From positions 1 through 45,026 of IMG/VR virus record IMGVR_UViG_3300016478_000220: a DNA stretch of 45,026 nt. One strand, given 5' to 3'. Made by a program: the position numbers and the translations under genes. Source of the stretch: a virus. Lineage: Duplodnaviria > Caudoviricetes. Positions 17,673 to 27,447 of this stretch are shown in pieces. How positions within the stretch are numbered: the first letter of the stretch is position 1; the number at the start of each line of letters is the position of its first letter. The notes below the pieces were generated by a model, which worked only from the letters and a program-made list of their open reading frames with translations, had not been told where the DNA came from and ran no database searches.

Positions 17673-18670
17673 TGGACTTCGCTAACCTTCTGTTTGGTGG
17701 CGATCCGCCTGCCCCGCAGCAGGCCCCTTCGCCCGCTCCAGCCGCTCCCCAGGCAGCTCCGGCTGCTGGCGGGGGCTTCTTCGACAAGATCGGGAACGAC
17801 CCATCCTGGACCAATGCCATGCTGTTCGCCGGGGCGCGCCTGTTGCAGGGGCAGCGTCCGGGCCAGAATGGTGCCGGGCTGATCGGGGATGCGCTCGCCG
17901 TCGGTGTTACGGCTCAACAGATGACGCAGGAGAATATGCGCCAGGCTGGGATTCAGGATGCCCAGGTCGCGCGGCAGAATCGCCTGGCCGATGCCCAGAT
18001 CGAGTCGCAACAAGCCAGCACGGCCGCGACGAAGCAGGAGACGAGTCAAAAAGCTGAGCTCTTCCCCGAGACGAAGAAGAAGGTCTCCGCGGAAGCCCGC
18101 CGCCTCGCCGCCCTCGGGCGGAAGGAAGAGGCGCAAGCTCTGCTGGACGAGTACAAGGCGAACCCGAGCCGGATCGCGGAGCAGTATCAGCTCGATCTGG
18201 ACCTGGACCGGAGTCGGATCAACGCGAGCAACGCGGCCGCCGCGGCTGCCGGCGCTACCGCCGATTTTACCCGTCGCCGGACTCAGGCAGCCGACGCACT
18301 CCTCGATGACGGGCAGCCCAGCGCCGTTCTCCACGGGACTGGGAAGACCGGGAAGAGTGCCGCGAAGGAGCGCATGGCCGAGCTGGAGCAGTACGTTCGG
18401 GCTGCGAATCCGGAGTGGGATGACCAGCAGGTCGCCAAGAAAGTGGCCGAGGCGTTCGACCCGTCAAAGCTTAAAGGGGAGAACTTCCAGACCCTGCGGC
18501 TTCTCGCCGAAAGCGGGGATACGAATCAGCGGAAGTTCGCGCTCGGTGAATTGGCGAAGGCTGTCGGCTTTGCTGAAGGGGGCGCCCCGGCTCCGGCAAA
18601 GGGGAAGGGTGGCGGGAAACCGCCCGCTGCTGTTATCCGTTACGACAAGAACGGGCAACGGATTCAGTAA
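17672..18670 (+). CDS. Putative internal virion protein (coiled-coil)
   Basis: Coupled start; Gln/Ala helical protein before the giant gene. Confidence 0.65.
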   Translation: MDFANLLFGGDPPAPQQAPSPAPAAPQAAPAAGGGFFDKIGNDPSWTNAMLFAGARLLQGQRPGQNGAGLIGDALAVGVTAQQMTQENMRQAGIQDAQVARQNRLADAQIESQQASTAATKQETSQKAELFPETKKKVSAEARRLAALGRKEEAQALLDEYKANPSRIAEQYQLDLDLDRSRINASNAAAAAAGATADFTRRRTQAADALLDDGQPSAVLHGTGKTGKSAAKERMAELEQYVRAANPEWDDQQVAKKVAEAFDPSKLKGENFQTLRLLAESGDTNQRKFALGELAKAVGFAEGGAPAPAKGKGGGKPPAAVIRYDKNGQRIQ

Positions 18671-18717
18671 CTTTTAGGCGGGGGCTAGTCCCCCGTTAAT
18701 CACTTAAGGGGTAGGTC

Positions 18718-21700
18718 ATGGTACAACAGGTTGAGCTTTTCGACGGATCTCGAATCGAGTTCGAAGACGGCACCTCGCAGGAGGTGATGGACTCCGTAGC
18801 TGCGAAACACACGCAGGGACTGCAGCGGAAGCAGGCGGCCCAGACTCCCGAGCAGGATGAACTGCGGGAGAATGCGAGTTATGGTGGGGCCATCGCTGCT
18901 TCCCTGAAAGAGGGTGTACGGCAGGGGGTAGGTGGCGCGATGGAAGCTGCCGGGGACGAACTGCTGAAAGAATCCGCCCCCTCGTTCTCCGGGAAAGTCA
19001 TGGAAGCGATGGCGAGTCCGACGCGAGCCCTGGATATGCCAAAGACTATTTTCGAACAGACCTTCTTGAAGTCCCGCGAGCTGGTGGAAGGGGAGGACGC
19101 CGCCGCTTCTCGTCGGGAGACCGGACAGAACCTGCAAGGGGCTGGCGCGGAACTCGGGGACCAGGCCCGGGAGAACCTGCAAGCCGCTACCCCGCAGGAT
19201 TTGAGCCTGATGGGTGAGGCAGGCATTTCCATCGCCAACTCCGTCGGGCAGATGGTGCCGTGGCTGGTTGGTGGGCGCTTGGGCGCCGTGCGGCCAGGGT
19301 TCGCTACTGCCGGCGCCCTGAGCCAGTTCGGTTCCCAGTCCTTCGGGCAAGCGTACAACGAGGCGAAGGCAGCCGGGGCTGAGCCGGATGTGGCGTATAA
19401 GGCTGCGCTCGCGAACGGCTGGTCCGAGGTGCTGGGGGAGAAGTTGGGCCTGGATACCCTGCTGAAAGGGGGGAGCAACTGGCTGAAGAAGTTCGTCGCG
19501 CAAGAAATCGGCGGAGAAGAGTTTACGACGATCGCGCAGAGCCTCACGGAAAAGGGCCTGTACAATCCGGAAAAGTGGTCGTCCCCGGACGAGGTTATGC
19601 ATGACCTGACCCTGACCGCGCTGAGTGCGGCTGGCGGCGCTGGTGTTGTGGGCGGGGTAGGGAAGGCTCTGGACTACACGCAGCGGCGCCGTACGGAGCA
19701 GGTATTCGAGAACGTAGACGCGCACAAGGAACTTGCCCGGATCGTCGGTGAGGCGGAGGCAGGGATTTCGGCTCCGGCGGTGGTCCCTTTGCGGGAGCCC
19801 ACTCCACAGGAACTGGAGGAAGCCGCCGTCGTGAAGAAGCAGCGGAGGCAGGGACTTCAGGTCGAGCTCACCCCGGAACAGGTTGTGTTCGGGGAGAAGC
19901 TGGACCGGGCCTTCTCGCCGGAAGTGTTTAAGGATGAAGGTGGGATCAGCGCGGCGGTCGCAGCCGCTCGGAGTGAACGCTTCGTGGAAGAGACGCTGCC
20001 GTTCAGTAAGCGCCCTATCGCCTTCGCTGGGAGTAATAACCAGCATGTGCTGGGCCTCACCCTGGAACAGATCGGGGAAAAGGGCCTGAGCGAAGGTGCT
20101 GTCCTGGCTGTGCGAGGAGACGCTGGAGAAGAAATCTTCCCGGACGCGGTCTACTCGAAGCTTACGGAGGATCTGGATACGTGGAGGAAGAAGTACATCC
20201 CGGACGCTCGGATTGTGATGAACCTGACGCAGTTCGCCGGGGAAAAGCAGAAGTCCTCCTTCGGGGCCTTTGAATCGATCTCCCTGCCGAGTGGACAGCT
20301 GTACGTGATCACCCCTCGGGAAATGCCGAGCTTCTCCCACAGCGGCGGGGATTATAAGACGCAGCTCGCCGTCCTGGGCGGCATTGTGCACGAGTTCGGC
20401 CACGCCATCAAGCACCACACGTTCTTCGAGGGGTTGGCCGGGAAACTCGACGACGGGGCGCGCATGCGTCTGGAATCCGGTACCATTACCGGGAACCTTT
20501 CACTGGCCGAGATCGAGACGCTGCGCACCGTCGCCCCGGAAGAGGCGAACCTTCTCCACAGCTGGATTTCCCTGCGTACCAGCGCCCTTCAGGGGCATAT
20601 GACCGCTCACGAGTTTATTGAGCGTTGGGTCGGGATTCGTAAGCTGGGGGATAGCATCGCCAAGACCACTGAACGGGAGCGGAGCGTGTACTCCTGGGCG
20701 AAGGGGGTTATGGGCCGACCGCTGGAAGGTGTCACCGCCAAGGAGCTGATCGGCAAAGCCTTCGGGAATGCGGAAACGGCGCTGAGCTTTGACGAGTTCA
20801 TGGCGGAGCAGTTCTCCCGGTACTCCTACTCGGTGGGGGACATGCAGAAGAGTGGCTACGCCAAAGTGCTGCAGAATGTGATGGGCAAGCTCCGGGCCTT
20901 GTTCCTGGAGCTGAAAGGCCTGCGCGGGCAGAGCGGGGAAAAGCTGATCCAGCCGGGGGAAACCTTCTCGCAGTGGATGGATTCCATGACGCTGCGGAAT
21001 GCGAACAAGAAAGTCCCGACGGGGCGTATCCGCCTGAACAAACGGGTCAAGGAAGCCCAAAAGGCACTCCTGCCGAAGAAACTGGCTGAGACCCTGGCGA
21101 AGGTTAAGAAGGAGGAAGCGGTCCCTGCACCTATCCCGGAACAGGCCCAGCCGGAAGAGTCCATCGTCGCCACGGCTATCCCGACCAAGGAGCTGCTGGA
21201 GAAGCAGCTGGACATGCTGGCGAACCGCGGCGCCTTTTACCATTTCCCCGCAGGGCAGGAGGCGGCTCGCCGGATGATTAAGGGGATGATCGAGCGGGGC
21301 CAGCTGGAACGGGCCATCGCCAAGATGGAGGAAATCTCTGGCGAGACCATCCAGTGGGATCGGGAATACTCCTCGAAGGTGTTGAGCCGCTTGCCGGATA
21401 AGGCGAAGGTGAAGGCGGAGACCCTCCGCGGGCTGATGCGTCAGGCCGATATCAAGCAGCAGGAAAAGGTATTCTGGGCAAAGTTCATGCAGGAAAATCC
21501 GGAAGGCACTTTCCTCTCGGAAGAGCTGAAGCAGGCGGTGCAGGACGCCACGCTTCCCCTGGAGCGCGTCCCCGCCGCAGACCAGAATCTGGCGGATTAT
21601 GGTATCCTGCGCGTGTTTCCCGAGGAGATGTGGGGGGAACCCTATGCGGCTACTGTTAACATCTACAAGGGCCCTGTGGAGCTGGGCGGGGCCGAGCGGC

Positions 21701-24700
21701 ACTTCGAAGATGATCCGGGCTACGCAGCGCACAGTCGGACTATCAACTTCAGCGGTGTGCCGGGACGGTATGTGCTGGAGTTGCAAAGCGACTTGTTCCA
21801 GCAGGCTTCGGAGCTGTACATGGGCGGGCTGCTCGGAGAGGCTCAACTCGAACAGCTAACGGCCAAGATCGGAGAGGTGGGGCAACTCACCGAGACTGTC
21901 GGGAAACTAAGCGATCTACGGGCGAATGCGATAGCGCAGAACAGCCCGGCCGGCGTACTCCGGGCCGAGACGGCACTGAAAGCTGCCCGTCAGGCGCGTG
22001 ACGCCGCCAAGCGGGAAGTGACCCTGTACGTGGACTCGGAAGCGTACAAGGCCCCGATCGGATCAACGCTGCACCAGTACCACATTGCCTCCCAGAACTG
22101 GATGTTCCGCCTGGCGCAGGAGGAGCTGGCTGATGCTTTCGAGTCCGGGCAGGATGCCGTCTACTTCCCGGTCGGGGATACTAACCGGAGGATTCAGCGT
22201 TGGCCCTACGCGGTCGAGATTGAGTGGGATGGCGCCCCGGCAACGGCCCTTGTTGTGGAGGATTCCATGTCGGTTACTGTCCGCGGTCAGTTCGGACAGC
22301 GCACTTTCCACTTGAAAGACGCCCCGCAAATGCAGGAGGTGTATGATACCGCTCTCGCGCAAAAGACCCTCTACTCGAAAGTGGCTCCGATCGTGCGGAA
22401 CTATGCGGAGTTGGAAAAGCGTCTGGTGAAGGAGTTTGGCGGAGCTCGGCTGGAAATGCCGGACGGGACGACCTGGCTTCGCGTCCCCACAAGCGCGTAT
22501 GGGAAAAAGGTACTGTTGTGGGATGAAGAGAATCCGCTGAATTCCAGTCTCGCCGCACCGATCGACTTCGCGGGCGTGGCCGAGGTAGACTACCGGAATC
22601 CTGAGGTGATCGCGCAGGCGGCTGGTATGTGGGAACGGCTGGGGTTCCAGTCCCCCTTCTTCCTTCGCTGGGGTGGGGACACTAAGGTGCGCGGGGCTGA
22701 CGGAAATCCCCTGCGTGTTTGGCGCGGAAGTGGGGATCGGGTGACTTACCTCGACCCGACCACTCGCGGAGGGCAGACGGGGAGTGCCTCGGCCCGGAAG
22801 GCTTTTTGGTTCACGGATAATCAGCGACAAGCCGGGTTCTACGCGGACCAAGCGGCCATTCGCGCCCGACGCAAGCCAAAGGACGAGTTCGCTCGGGAAG
22901 CGACGAAACTGCGCGAAGAGCTAGCCGATTTGAGGGAACTGGCCGTGATGGACCTGAAGCAGGAAGAGCGGGAGGTCGTGAGTAAGGGGATTCTCAGCCG
23001 GATGAAGCGCCTGCATACCCTGCATACAGCGGAGGCTATGTCCCGCTGGGCGGCCCCGGCTGTTCAAGGCTTTTACCTGAACCTGGAGAATCCGCTGGAA
23101 GTGGATGCCCTCGGGGCAGGGTACGATGATAAGGTCTGGAATGGTTGGGTCGAGCAGGCGATCGCAGGCGGGCATGATGGACTGATTGTCCGCAACGGAC
23201 ATGACCCCTATCCCGGCACCACCTACGCCATCTTCCAGCCGGAACAGGCGAAACTGGAGAACAACATCGGCACTTTCGACCCCACTGATAACCTGCACTG
23301 GGATGAAGAGTCCCCGGGACAGCTGGCAGCTCGCGAAGGCGCCAAGGTGGTTCAGGGTATCTGGGCCAAGACGAAACTCCGCGCGGCGAATATGGCTGCG
23401 AAGGGTGTGGATGCTCTCACCCAGTTGCAACAAACCGCCGCCGCGCAGCCGGACGACGTTCCCCTTCAGCTGTTCATGAAGCTCTCCCGGTACGGGATGA
23501 AGATGAAGAACAACTTGCAGGTGGACGCGGAAGATCTGGTCGGGGATATGCAGAAAAGCGGTCCCGGCCTGATTGAAGACCTGCACCGGGTCATGACTGC
23601 GGAATGGAGGGGAGGGACGCTGGCCAGTACCCTCGTCGGGAAGGACGAGAATGGGGAGGTGGTCTGGGGCGGGGATAAGCCCACAACTCCGGAGGCCCGG
23701 GCACTGGTGGCCTCGTGGGAAGTGGTGGATGGCCTGCGCCTGCGCAAGTTCTTCAGCCAGCATGGCGTGGACGTGATGAGCGAGCGGGGAAAGAAGATCC
23801 TCGCCTTTTACCTCCGGGCACGGAATATTATGCTGAAGCAATTCCAGGGCCTAGAGAACACTCTCCGGTATAAGGCGCTGCACCTGTATGAGGGCGCGCC
23901 TGGAGTGCTCTCCACGGAATACTGGGAGATCGAGCAGCTGATGCAGAAGCTGCGGGATACCCCCTTCCTGCCCCGCGGAGCTTTCGGCAACCACGTTATC
24001 CTGCTCCAGGAGAAGAGTCCGGAGACGGGACGCTTCGTGACTGCGGAACGATACCACTACGAGGACGCGGCGGACTTCCAAGCGGCGTACACGAAGATGC
24101 AAGCGGCGGCCCGGAACAACCCGAACCTGCGCGTGAAGAGTCAGGAGCTGGACGATTACTCCGGATTGGTAATGCAGTTCCCCCGCGACTTTCTGGAGAA
24201 GCTGGCGGAAGCCGGGGACTTCACCGATGAACAGCTGGAAAGTGTGGCGGACCTGCTCACGACCAGCCGGTACTCGCGGATTGCAGAGCGCTTTGACAAG
24301 ATCGCGGCGCAGAGCCTGAAGGCGAACGGGGACTTTGTTCGGGTGTTTGCGGACTTCGCGCTGCGGAACTCTAACTACATCTGGAAGATGCACTTCAGTA
24401 CCGCGATGCGCGGGGCGATCAGCCAGGAGCGTTCTGCGATTCGTCGCCTGGAAAAGGCCGAGGACCTTACCCCGGAGGCCCAGCTTGCCCAGCTCACCCG
24501 GTTGCGTCGGAACGTGCGGCTGATGGAGAAGGCCCTCGAGTACATGCTCTATCCCCCGCAGGAGTTCCAGACCGCTCGTATGTGGATCACGATGTTCTAT
24601 CTGGCGTACAACCTCAAGACCGCCTTGATGAACTTCTCGACCCAGATGAATACGGCGATGGCTGTGACCACGGAATTCGGGGAGGTGAAAGGGGCGAAGT

Positions 24701-26169
24701 ATTACTCCCAGGCCCTGTACGATACCGCGAGCTATATGTGGCTCAACTCCAGGATCGAGCAGGCGAAGGGAGACCCTGTGGAATCGCAGCGACTGAACGA
24801 GGTCATGTCGGTGATTACGCAAGCGACCGCCGACGGGGTACTGGACCAGAGCTACGCTTATTTCCTCGCGGGGCAGGCGAATGCGAGCGGACTCATGCGG
24901 AGTGTGCACAATACCTGGCTGGGTAAAGCCACGCACGTGTTTACTGAAATGGGCATGGCGCCGTTTAAGCTGATCGAATCCGCCAACCGGATGAGTGCGC
25001 TTCTCACCTTTTACTCGGCGGAGCGAGGGGCCGGGACCAGTCCGGGCGAGGCCTACGAGCGGGCGATTGCGAAGGTGAATCTGTTGCAGAACTCGTACGA
25101 TGCGCCGAACCGGCCAGCGTTCATGCGGGGGAAGAAGAGCATCTTGTTCATGTTCGCGAGCTACGCGCAGTTCATGGGCTGGATCATGACCGGCGGGTAC
25201 GAGCGGGCAGCCCGGGCTGACATGCGCGCGAGGGGGAGGGACCCCGGCTCCTGGATGGCAGGAACCACGATGAAGCTCTGGCTCATGTACCTGGCCCTGG
25301 GTGGGATCGGGGGTCTGCCGTTTGCGGAAAACGCTATGGACTTTGTTCAGTTCGTCTGGCGGAGGATGTTCGGGAATCCTGAGAATATCGAAATCGAACT
25401 GCGCCGGTTCATTACCGAGTTGGGGATGGACTCGAACGTGGTTATGAGCGGGATGATGCACGACGCTGGCGGGTTTAACCTCTCAGGTAGCTTTGGTCTC
25501 GGCCGGCTCATCCCCGGCACGGACCTGCTGAACAAGCAATGGGAGTCCCCCGGACAGGCGCTGGGCGACGCGGGGATTAAATTCGCGGGACCGGCTGGTG
25601 GCTTCTACCAGGGCGTGGCGAAGGCCGTGGCTGAATTCGGGAAGGGGAATCTCGGGGAGGGGCTGAAGAACGTCCCCGGCATGGTCGGGAGCATCTCGAA
25701 GGGGATGGACGCTTGGCTCGATCAGGAGGACCGTCCCACTTACGGGGTCACCACGAAGGCGGGGGAACGGCTGGTATTCGACCGGAAGACCGGGGAGTAC
25801 CGCGACCTGTCCGCAAAGGAAATCGCTGGCATGTTGATGGGGGCGCAGCCCACGGTCCTGTCCGAGACGAAGGAGGCCCGGTACCTGGTCTCGTCGGAAC
25901 AGATGTACTGGCAGACTCGGCGGAGGGATTTGGTGGATAAGTACTTCCGCGCGGTGAGTACCGGGGATGATCAGCTCAGGACTGATGTGCGGACTGCCAT
26001 TGACGGGTTCAATGACCAGGCTCCCTATCCCGGCCTGCGTATCACCGGGAAGCAGCTCGCGGAAAGCGTGAAAGCCAGAAGGCGGGCGGCTCATGCGATG
26101 GAAGTCTTCGGCTCCGGGCAGAAGACTTACCGGGGGATTGCTGAGGACGTGCGGGAAGTTACGCGGTGA
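18718..26169 (+). CDS. Giant internal virion / polyvalent protein with a zincin-like HExxH domain and an ART-like domain
   Basis: 2483 aa; VHEFGH plus DEFMAE; VLELQSD domain; GNPLRVWRGS..AFWFTD..YLNLENPL..GHDGLI..YAIFQPEQ ART-like domain; helical C-terminal region. Confidence 0.8.
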   Translation: MVQQVELFDGSRIEFEDGTSQEVMDSVAAKHTQGLQRKQAAQTPEQDELRENASYGGAIAASLKEGVRQGVGGAMEAAGDELLKESAPSFSGKVMEAMASPTRALDMPKTIFEQTFLKSRELVEGEDAAASRRETGQNLQGAGAELGDQARENLQAATPQDLSLMGEAGISIANSVGQMVPWLVGGRLGAVRPGFATAGALSQFGSQSFGQAYNEAKAAGAEPDVAYKAALANGWSEVLGEKLGLDTLLKGGSNWLKKFVAQEIGGEEFTTIAQSLTEKGLYNPEKWSSPDEVMHDLTLTALSAAGGAGVVGGVGKALDYTQRRRTEQVFENVDAHKELARIVGEAEAGISAPAVVPLREPTPQELEEAAVVKKQRRQGLQVELTPEQVVFGEKLDRAFSPEVFKDEGGISAAVAAARSERFVEETLPFSKRPIAFAGSNNQHVLGLTLEQIGEKGLSEGAVLAVRGDAGEEIFPDAVYSKLTEDLDTWRKKYIPDARIVMNLTQFAGEKQKSSFGAFESISLPSGQLYVITPREMPSFSHSGGDYKTQLAVLGGIVHEFGHAIKHHTFFEGLAGKLDDGARMRLESGTITGNLSLAEIETLRTVAPEEANLLHSWISLRTSALQGHMTAHEFIERWVGIRKLGDSIAKTTERERSVYSWAKGVMGRPLEGVTAKELIGKAFGNAETALSFDEFMAEQFSRYSYSVGDMQKSGYAKVLQNVMGKLRALFLELKGLRGQSGEKLIQPGETFSQWMDSMTLRNANKKVPTGRIRLNKRVKEAQKALLPKKLAETLAKVKKEEAVPAPIPEQAQPEESIVATAIPTKELLEKQLDMLANRGAFYHFPAGQEAARRMIKGMIERGQLERAIAKMEEISGETIQWDREYSSKVLSRLPDKAKVKAETLRGLMRQADIKQQEKVFWAKFMQENPEGTFLSEELKQAVQDATLPLERVPAADQNLADYGILRVFPEEMWGEPYAATVNIYKGPVELGGAERHFEDDPGYAAHSRTINFSGVPGRYVLELQSDLFQQASELYMGGLLGEAQLEQLTAKIGEVGQLTETVGKLSDLRANAIAQNSPAGVLRAETALKAARQARDAAKREVTLYVDSEAYKAPIGSTLHQYHIASQNWMFRLAQEELADAFESGQDAVYFPVGDTNRRIQRWPYAVEIEWDGAPATALVVEDSMSVTVRGQFGQRTFHLKDAPQMQEVYDTALAQKTLYSKVAPIVRNYAELEKRLVKEFGGARLEMPDGTTWLRVPTSAYGKKVLLWDEENPLNSSLAAPIDFAGVAEVDYRNPEVIAQAAGMWERLGFQSPFFLRWGGDTKVRGADGNPLRVWRGSGDRVTYLDPTTRGGQTGSASARKAFWFTDNQRQAGFYADQAAIRARRKPKDEFAREATKLREELADLRELAVMDLKQEEREVVSKGILSRMKRLHTLHTAEAMSRWAAPAVQGFYLNLENPLEVDALGAGYDDKVWNGWVEQAIAGGHDGLIVRNGHDPYPGTTYAIFQPEQAKLENNIGTFDPTDNLHWDEESPGQLAAREGAKVVQGIWAKTKLRAANMAAKGVDALTQLQQTAAAQPDDVPLQLFMKLSRYGMKMKNNLQVDAEDLVGDMQKSGPGLIEDLHRVMTAEWRGGTLASTLVGKDENGEVVWGGDKPTTPEARALVASWEVVDGLRLRKFFSQHGVDVMSERGKKILAFYLRARNIMLKQFQGLENTLRYKALHLYEGAPGVLSTEYWEIEQLMQKLRDTPFLPRGAFGNHVILLQEKSPETGRFVTAERYHYEDAADFQAAYTKMQAAARNNPNLRVKSQELDDYSGLVMQFPRDFLEKLAEAGDFTDEQLESVADLLTTSRYSRIAERFDKIAAQSLKANGDFVRVFADFALRNSNYIWKMHFSTAMRGAISQERSAIRRLEKAEDLTPEAQLAQLTRLRRNVRLMEKALEYMLYPPQEFQTARMWITMFYLAYNLKTALMNFSTQMNTAMAVTTEFGEVKGAKYYSQALYDTASYMWLNSRIEQAKGDPVESQRLNEVMSVITQATADGVLDQSYAYFLAGQANASGLMRSVHNTWLGKATHVFTEMGMAPFKLIESANRMSALLTFYSAERGAGTSPGEAYERAIAKVNLLQNSYDAPNRPAFMRGKKSILFMFASYAQFMGWIMTGGYERAARADMRARGRDPGSWMAGTTMKLWLMYLALGGIGGLPFAENAMDFVQFVWRRMFGNPENIEIELRRFITELGMDSNVVMSGMMHDAGGFNLSGSFGLGRLIPGTDLLNKQWESPGQALGDAGIKFAGPAGGFYQGVAKAVAEFGKGNLGEGLKNVPGMVGSISKGMDAWLDQEDRPTYGVTTKAGERLVFDRKTGEYRDLSAKEIAGMLMGAQPTVLSETKEARYLVSSEQMYWQTRRRDLVDKYFRAVSTGDDQLRTDVRTAIDGFNDQAPYPGLRITGKQLAESVKARRRAAHAMEVFGSGQKTYRGIAEDVREVTR

Positions 26170-26171
26170 GG

Positions 26172-26195
26172 AAAGGGGGCTTCGGCCCCTTTTTC
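26172..26195. terminator. Bidirectional intrinsic terminator between convergent modules
   Basis: AAAG-GGGGC TTCG GCCCC-TTTTTC between two stop codons. Confidence 0.8.
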
Positions 26196-26196
26196 T

Positions 26197-27390
26197 TTAC
26201 CTGACTACGGAGATGAAGATTTCCGAGCCGGTCTGTACCATGCGGATGAACCCGGCCTCGGAGGCGCTCTGCACCAGGTCCACAAATTCCTTCCAGGTGA
26301 CCTGACGGCTAAGCCGGCGGTAGAGCTCCTTGCGGGATATGGAGGCGTACCCGGAGGCTATATCGATCAGGTCGGCCAGCGCCTTGGTCATGGCGGAACG
26401 GCCGATCTTGTCAAAGACGAAGGGCATGTCGCTTTCCAGCGCGTCCACCATCGCGGCTGCGTTCCGGAGCGTCTGCTCTTCGATGACCAGGCTGTCGGAT
26501 TGGGAAGCGGAGAGGATCATCGCAAGCTTGTGGATGTGCGTCTGCTTTCGCGCGATGTATCCCCCGAACTGGTCCTTGGGCAGGTGGTCGTGCTTGGCCT
26601 TCCAGTGGGATTCGTACCAGTCTACCCCGAAGGCCTTAGCGGCCGGGGATAGGGAGAACTCCCCGATCATGTTGGAGATGATCTCGAGGTCGTGGATCAG
26701 ATCCCCGCGCATTTGTAGGAATTCCGGGGGGACGGCGTCAGCCGGATAGGCTACGGTTTGGCGTTTCTTCTCCGCGAATACCCAGACGCACCGCGAGGTG
26801 AAGCCCCCGCCGATCATATACTCTGGAAAATTCCCGGCAATCCAGCTAGGCGTCGTACAGGCGATGATGTTGATCCAGGGGTTTTCCACCGTATCCGAGC
26901 CGGAGGTCTTCGTAGCCTTTTGGAAGCATCCCTGCTGGCCGTCCCAGAGGGACACGAGCACGTCTACCATTTCCCGGTCACTCGGGTTGAGCAGGTTGCC
27001 GAACTCGGAGGATGCGATGGTGATGCAGGACATGGGGAGGTAGCCCTCTTTCTCGGGCCAGTAGACGAGCTCCTTCGCCTGCCCCATTTCCTCCACGAGC
27101 TTCTGCCACGTCACCACGTCCGGGCCGAAGGAGATTCCCGGGACCTCCTTGAGCAGGTTCATCCCGACGTTCGCAGTAGTGGATTTCGAGACGACGCCGG
27201 GAGGGGCGACTAGCACGACGTAGAAGTTGGTCACCCACTGGAAGTACTTCTGGTCTATCCATACACGCCTGCGCAGCGCCCCGGCGATAGTGGACACCGC
27301 AACCCAGAAGTAAAACTTGGTCGGAGCTTCCCCATATGACGAGTACTGCAAAAATGCGGTGATCCAATCCTTGTGGATTCGGTTTGACAT
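26197..27390 (-). CDS. DUF3987-like P-loop NTPase, putative replicative helicase
   Basis: VVLVAPPGVVSKST Walker A variant, SSEFG, LWDG, GGFTSR; start reassigned to MSNRIH. Confidence 0.7.
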   Translation of the reverse strand: MSNRIHKDWITAFLQYSSYGEAPTKFYFWVAVSTIAGALRRRVWIDQKYFQWVTNFYVVLVAPPGVVSKSTTANVGMNLLKEVPGISFGPDVVTWQKLVEEMGQAKELVYWPEKEGYLPMSCITIASSEFGNLLNPSDREMVDVLVSLWDGQQGCFQKATKTSGSDTVENPWINIIACTTPSWIAGNFPEYMIGGGFTSRCVWVFAEKKRQTVAYPADAVPPEFLQMRGDLIHDLEIISNMIGEFSLSPAAKAFGVDWYESHWKAKHDHLPKDQFGGYIARKQTHIHKLAMILSASQSDSLVIEEQTLRNAAAMVDALESDMPFVFDKIGRSAMTKALADLIDIASGYASISRKELYRRLSRQVTWKEFVDLVQSASEAGFIRMVQTGSEIFISVVR

Positions 27391-27407
27391 GGCTCTCTCT
27401 TGTTTTA

Positions 27408-27441
27408 ATGGGGAGGTTAACACGGGAATTAACCTCCCCAA
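27408..27441. repeat. Dispersed 13-8-13 palindrome, copy 4
   Basis: ATGGGGAGGTTAA cacgggaa TTAACCTCCCCAA in the 57-bp intergenic gap. Confidence 0.85.
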
Positions 27442-27447
27442 GTTTTG

